A DNA stretch of 64,000 nt, taken from an uncultured Verrucomicrobiae bacterium (GTDB lineage Bacteria; Verrucomicrobiota; Verrucomicrobiia; Chthoniobacterales; UBA10450). The DNA is taken from assembly GCA_963834385.1 (NCBI GenBank), contig CAWIBO010000002.1, forward strand, positions 672,001 through 736,000, given 5' to 3'. The translations under genes and the position numbers were made by a program. This document shows positions 60,144-64,000 of the stretch, one piece after another. Within the stretch, counting starts at the first letter, position 1; each line of letters opens with the position of its first letter. The notes under the pieces were generated by a model. It made no database searches. It saw only the letters and a program-made list of their open reading frames with translations, and had not been told where the DNA came from.

Positions 60144-63100
60144 TCAATCCGTCACGATATTCACAAGCTTTTTCGGGACGACCACGACCTTGCGGGCGGT
60201 TTTGCCCTTGCCCTCAACCCATTCGCGCACCTTGGGGTTGGCCAGCGCGGCCTGCCGGTAATCTTCCTCCCCGACGGCCAGCGGCAGCCGGATGCGGTCA
60301 CGCAGCTTGCCATTCACCTGCAGGATGACCTCGACCTCATCCTCGACCAGGCAGGCGGGATCAAACTCCGGCCAGCGCTGATCGGTGATGGCGCCCGCAT
60401 CGCCGAAGCGTTCGGCCAGTCGTTCCCAAAGGTCGGAGGTGAGATGCGGAGCGAAGGGATTCAGAAGAACCAGGAGCGTGCGCAGGGAGCCAACCGGCCG
60501 CTTCTCGGCGCCCGTAAAGGCGTTTACGAACTGCATCATCTGCGCAATGGCGGTGTTAAAGGAAAGGGTCTCGATATCCTCCGTCACCTTTTTGATCGTG
60601 GCGTGCACCACCCGGCGCTGCGCCGGCTCCGGTGAACCTTCGTCCAAAGCGTCGGAAAGCACCCAGTCACCGGCCTGGTTCTCCTCCATGAAAAGCCGCC
60701 AGACCCGGGCAAGGAAGCGCGAGACGCCTTCCACCCCCTTCATGCTCCAGGGCTTCATCTGTTCGAGCGGCCCCATGAACATCTCGTAGCAGCGAAAGGC
60801 ATCGGCGCCGTGTTCGCGCACGACATCATCGGGATCGACCACGTTGCCCCAGCGCTTCGACATCTTGCGATTGTCCTCGCCCAGGATCATGCCCTGGTTG
60901 ACCAGCCGCTGGAACGGTTCCGCCTTCGAGAGATGGCCGAGATCGTAGAGCACCTTGTGCCAGAACCGGGCATAGAGCAGGTGCAAAACCGCGTGCTCCG
61001 TCCCGCCAATGTAAAGATCCACTCCGGCCGCCCCCTCGCCCCCCATCCAGTAGCGTTCGGCTTCGACGCCCACGAATCGGTCCTCGTTTCGCGGATCGCA
61101 AAAGCGCAGGTAATACCAGCACGATCCCGCCCATTGCGGCATGGTGTTGGTTTCCCGGGTCGCCTTCTCGGAATGGCGGATCCAGTCACGGGCTCGCGCC
61201 AGCGGCGGTTCGCCCGAGCCGGTGGGCTTGAAATCGTCTAGGGGCGGCGGCGAGAGCGGCAGATCGTCCGCCGGAAGGGCGCGGTGCCTCCCCTCTTCCC
61301 AGATGATCGGGAACGGTTCGCCCCAGTAACGCTGCCGGGAAAAAAGCCAGTCGCGCAGCTTGTAACGGACGTCGCGCCGCCCCCGGCCCTGCTCTTCCAG
61401 CCACCCGATGATCTTTTGTTGCGCCTCCGCCGTCGGCAGCCCGTCGATCAGCGGCGAATTGATCGCGACCCCGTCGCCGCTAAATACGGAGCCCGGGTTT
61501 TCAACGGAGCCCGGGTTTTCAACCCGGTCTTCACGGCTTGAAAAGCCGTGCTCCTAAAGTCGCGCTCCCAAACCGGTACGTCCTTGCCGGACAATCCGGC
61601 TTTCTCCGGGTTCATCGCGATGTACCTGCTTGAGAAAATCGTAATGTTCCTGCGACCGCACCAGCCGATCAAAATATTCCTCCTGCCAAAGCGATCCGCT
61701 TTGACCGATCCTCTTATTGATCTCCAGGGCCGAATGCCGCTTCCAGCTGTGAACCACGGCCGGAAGCGTCTCGTTTTCATGCAGGCGAACCAGCACATGC
61801 ACGTGATTGGGCATCACGCAGAACGCATGCAATTCGTAACGCTGGCCCTCAAAAAACCGTAACGCCTCGACAACGATCTGCGCACATTCCGGGCGGGCCA
61901 GCACGCAGCTGCCTGCGCCCGCGTCCAGCCACTCATCCAGCCGCGCGCCAAAACGCTCGTAGAACTCGTTCTCCTGTTCGGCCGTCCATGGCTCCGGGTG
62001 GCTTGCCAGCCAGCGTTCACGATCCTCCCGCAGCTCCGCGAGCTTCGGTTGCGGCAGGCTGTCGGCCAGACGCCAGGTGAGGAAGTAGAGGCTTTGGGCC
62101 TGCTGCCAATGCGGAAGGTTTCGTCGATGGATCTCGATCTCTTCGCGTGGATCGAGGAACCCCCTTTCGGAGCCCGGGTTTTCAACCCGGTCCTCGTCTT
62201 CACGGCTTGAAAAGCCGTGCTCCTTAGAAACCCCGTGCTCCGCAACGACCCGACGAATCGGAAGATCGAATTGACACGCGAATTCGAAATCCCGCTCGTC
62301 GTGCGCGGGCACGGCCATAATGGCCCCGGTGCCGTAACCCATCAAAACGTAATCCGCGATCCAGATCGGAATCTTCTCCTGGTTCACCGGGTTGATCGCG
62401 CAGGCCCCGAGGAAAACCCCGCTCTTTTCCTTCGCCAGATCGGTCCGCTCGAGATCGGATTTCGCGGCCACCTCAGCCCGATACCGGGCGACATCGCCCC
62501 GGCATTCCGCGGAGGTCAGTTGTTCCACCAGGGGATGTTCCGGCGCGAGCACCAGATACGTGGCCCCGTAGATCGTGTCGGGACGGGTGGTGAAAACCTC
62601 GATGAACTGATCAGGGTCCAGGGTGCGGGCTTCAGACCTTTCCCCTGAACCCTGGACACTGAACCCGGAAAACCTGATGACTGCGCCTTCACTCCGGCCA
62701 ATCCAGTTCTGCTGCAGCAACTTGATCCCGGCCGGCCAATCGAGCGGCTCCAGCTCCTCCGCGAGGCGATCCCCATAGGCGGTGATCCGCAGCATCCATT
62801 GCCGCATCGGCCGGCGCACCACCGGAAATCCACCCACCTCGCTTTTGCCGTCGATCACCTCCTCGTTGGCGAGGACGGTCCCGAGCTCCGGGCACCAGTT
62901 CACCGGCACATCCGCGACATAGGCGAGGCGCACCCCGTCCGGATCATCCCCGTCGTAAGTGTCGATTGGCTCGGCCTTGCGCGTGGCCGGGTTGAACCAG
63001 GAATGATAAAGCTGGAGAAAAATCCATTGCGTCCAACGATAAAAATCCGGCTCCGCCGTGCTGACCTCGCGGCTCCAGTCGTAGGAGAATCCCAGCCGCT

Positions 63101-63467
63101 TCAACTGGCCCTTGAACTTCGCAATGTTGGCCCGGGTGGTGATGGCCGGATGCTGCCCGGTCTTGATGGCATACTGCTCGGCCGGCAGGCCAAAGGCGTC
63201 CCAGCCCATCGGATGCAGGACGTTGAAACCGCGCATGCGTTTGTAGCGCGCCACGATGTCGGTCGCGGTGTAGCCTTCCGGATGCCCGACGTGAAGACCG
63301 GCGCCACTCGGATAAGGAAACATGTCGAGCACGTAATACTTCGGCCGGGTCGCGTCGAAACCCGGCTCCCCGGGATTGAGGGCGCGGAACGTTCCCTCCG
63401 CCTCCCAGCGCGCCTGCCAGCGCGCATCGATTTCGTCGAAAGGATAAGGTTTGCGGCGTTCGCTCAT
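60144..63467 (-). CDS. leuS: Leucine--tRNA ligase interrupted by an in-frame REP/RAYT insertion; single in-frame TAG at 61554-61556 as assembled
   Basis: [30 protein letters not shown], then after insert [30 protein letters not shown]; both halves are in the same frame (63467-61142 = 2325 nt). Confidence 0.95.
61487..61554. repeat. REP doublet (REPIN-like) plus 18-bp tandem duplication, downstream flank of RAYT
   Basis: CGGAGCCCGGGTTTTCAA x2 (61487-61522); GGAG-CCCGGGT-TTTCA-ACCCGG facing inverted CACGGCT-TGAAA-AGCCGTG-CTCC. Confidence 0.9.
61557..62160 (-). mobile_element. REP-associated tyrosine transposase (RAYT / Y1 HUH) domain embedded in leuS
   Basis: LPHW...YFLTWRL.DSLP, MPNHVH (HUH, ~61797-61805), [25 protein letters not shown] (catalytic Tyr) follows in the +1 frame after an extra base at ~61625. 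Confidence 0.9.
62168..62242. repeat. REP doublet (REPIN-like) plus half REP, upstream flank of RAYT
   Basis: 62168-62224 identical to 61505-61555 except a 6-bp spacer insertion (CTCGTC); extra half copy GAAACCCCGTGCTCCG at 62227-62242. Confidence 0.9.
62611..62677. repeat. Heptamer-based inverted repeat inserted in frame in leuS
   Basis: TCAGGGTCCAGGGT (62611-62624) vs ACCCTGGACACTGA (62649-62662), 13/14 complementary; units CCTGAAC/CCTGGAC/ACTGAAC. Confidence 0.65.
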
Positions 63468-63541
63468 GCGCGAACAATCAGGAACGCAGGATGGCTCGGA
63501 AGGAAAATGAAATTTTTCGTTCTTTTCCGCGGGGTCAGCCG

Positions 63542-64000
63542 ATGACGCTGACCCTGGCCACGGGCAATCCGCACAAGACCCGCGAGTTGAGGGCGCTCCT
63601 GGGGGACGCGGTGGAGTTACGCGATCTTTCGGCTGTGCCGGGTTTTTCCATGCCCGAGGAGACCGGGGCGACCCTGGAGGAAAACGCGATTCTCAAGGCC
63701 CTGGCCCTGGCCCGAGACCAGCCCGGGCTTGTTCTGGCCGACGACTCCGGCCTGGAAGTTGACGCGTTGGGAGGGGCGCCCGGCGTTTTCTCCGCACGCT
63801 ACGCCGGTGCCACCGCCACCGACGCGGACAATGTCGCCCGGTTGCTCGCCGCCCTGGAGGGAGAAGAAGATCGTTCCGCCCGTTTTCGGTGCGTTCTTGC
63901 AGTAGCCGAAGAAGGGCACCTTCTCGTGACGCTGGACGGCCTCCTCGAAGGGGCCATCGCCACCGGGCGGCGCGGTGAGAGCGGCTTCGGCTACGATCCG
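63542..64000 (+). CDS. rdgB: RdgB/HAM1 non-canonical purine NTP pyrophosphatase (3' truncated)
   Basis: [46 protein letters not shown]. Confidence 0.95.
   Translation, partial: MTLTLATGNPHKTRELRALLGDAVELRDLSAVPGFSMPEETGATLEENAILKALALARDQPGLVLADDSGLEVDALGGAPGVFSARYAGATATDADNVARLLAALEGEEDRSARFRCVLAVAEEGHLLVTLDGLLEGAIATGRRGESGFGYDP

Noticed and set aside
60144..61142. Independent beta subunit of a naturally split LeuRS starting at MPQWAGS
   Set aside because: It would omit the conserved LRDW/SRQRYWG segment encoded upstream in the same frame; this Met is an internal conserved residue.
61487..61554. CRISPR-like repeats
   Set aside because: Only two or three copies, no unique spacers, no cas genes.
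61487..62242. Intein or group I/II intron as the explanation for the leuS insert
   Set aside because: No Cys/Ser-start or His-Asn-end Hint motifs and no recognisable intron boundaries; the content is HUH transposase plus REP hairpins.

Overview
High-GC bacterial chromosomal window, most likely Verrucomicrobiota/Chthoniobacterales-like (inferred from gene content, not verified). It is mainly housekeeping genes around dnaA-dnaN and a probable oriC: ftsH, glgX, nagA, tatC, folB, rpoN, mrdA, uvrC, folD, ubiX, bioF, mtnP, miaB, def, exbBD/tonB, aspS, hisS, galE, mscL, leuS and rdgB. About 11 single-base +1 indels break 9 genes, probably long-read consensus errors. The standout is leuS: a REP-associated HUH/Y1 tyrosine transposase (RAYT-like) domain sits in frame inside the CP1 editing domain. 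It is bracketed by two directly repeated REP doublets that are themselves translated in the LeuRS frame, so excision between them would restore a stop-free leuS. A second, unrelated heptamer hairpin is inserted in frame in the same domain. Other notable loci: an SdpAB-like/HTTM operon with a secreted partner, a halogenase-acyltransferase-deacetylase operon, an HPF-CSD plus host-attachment-family pair, two small paralogous secreted proteins behind a sigma-54 motif, and a collapsed M50-CBS remnant.
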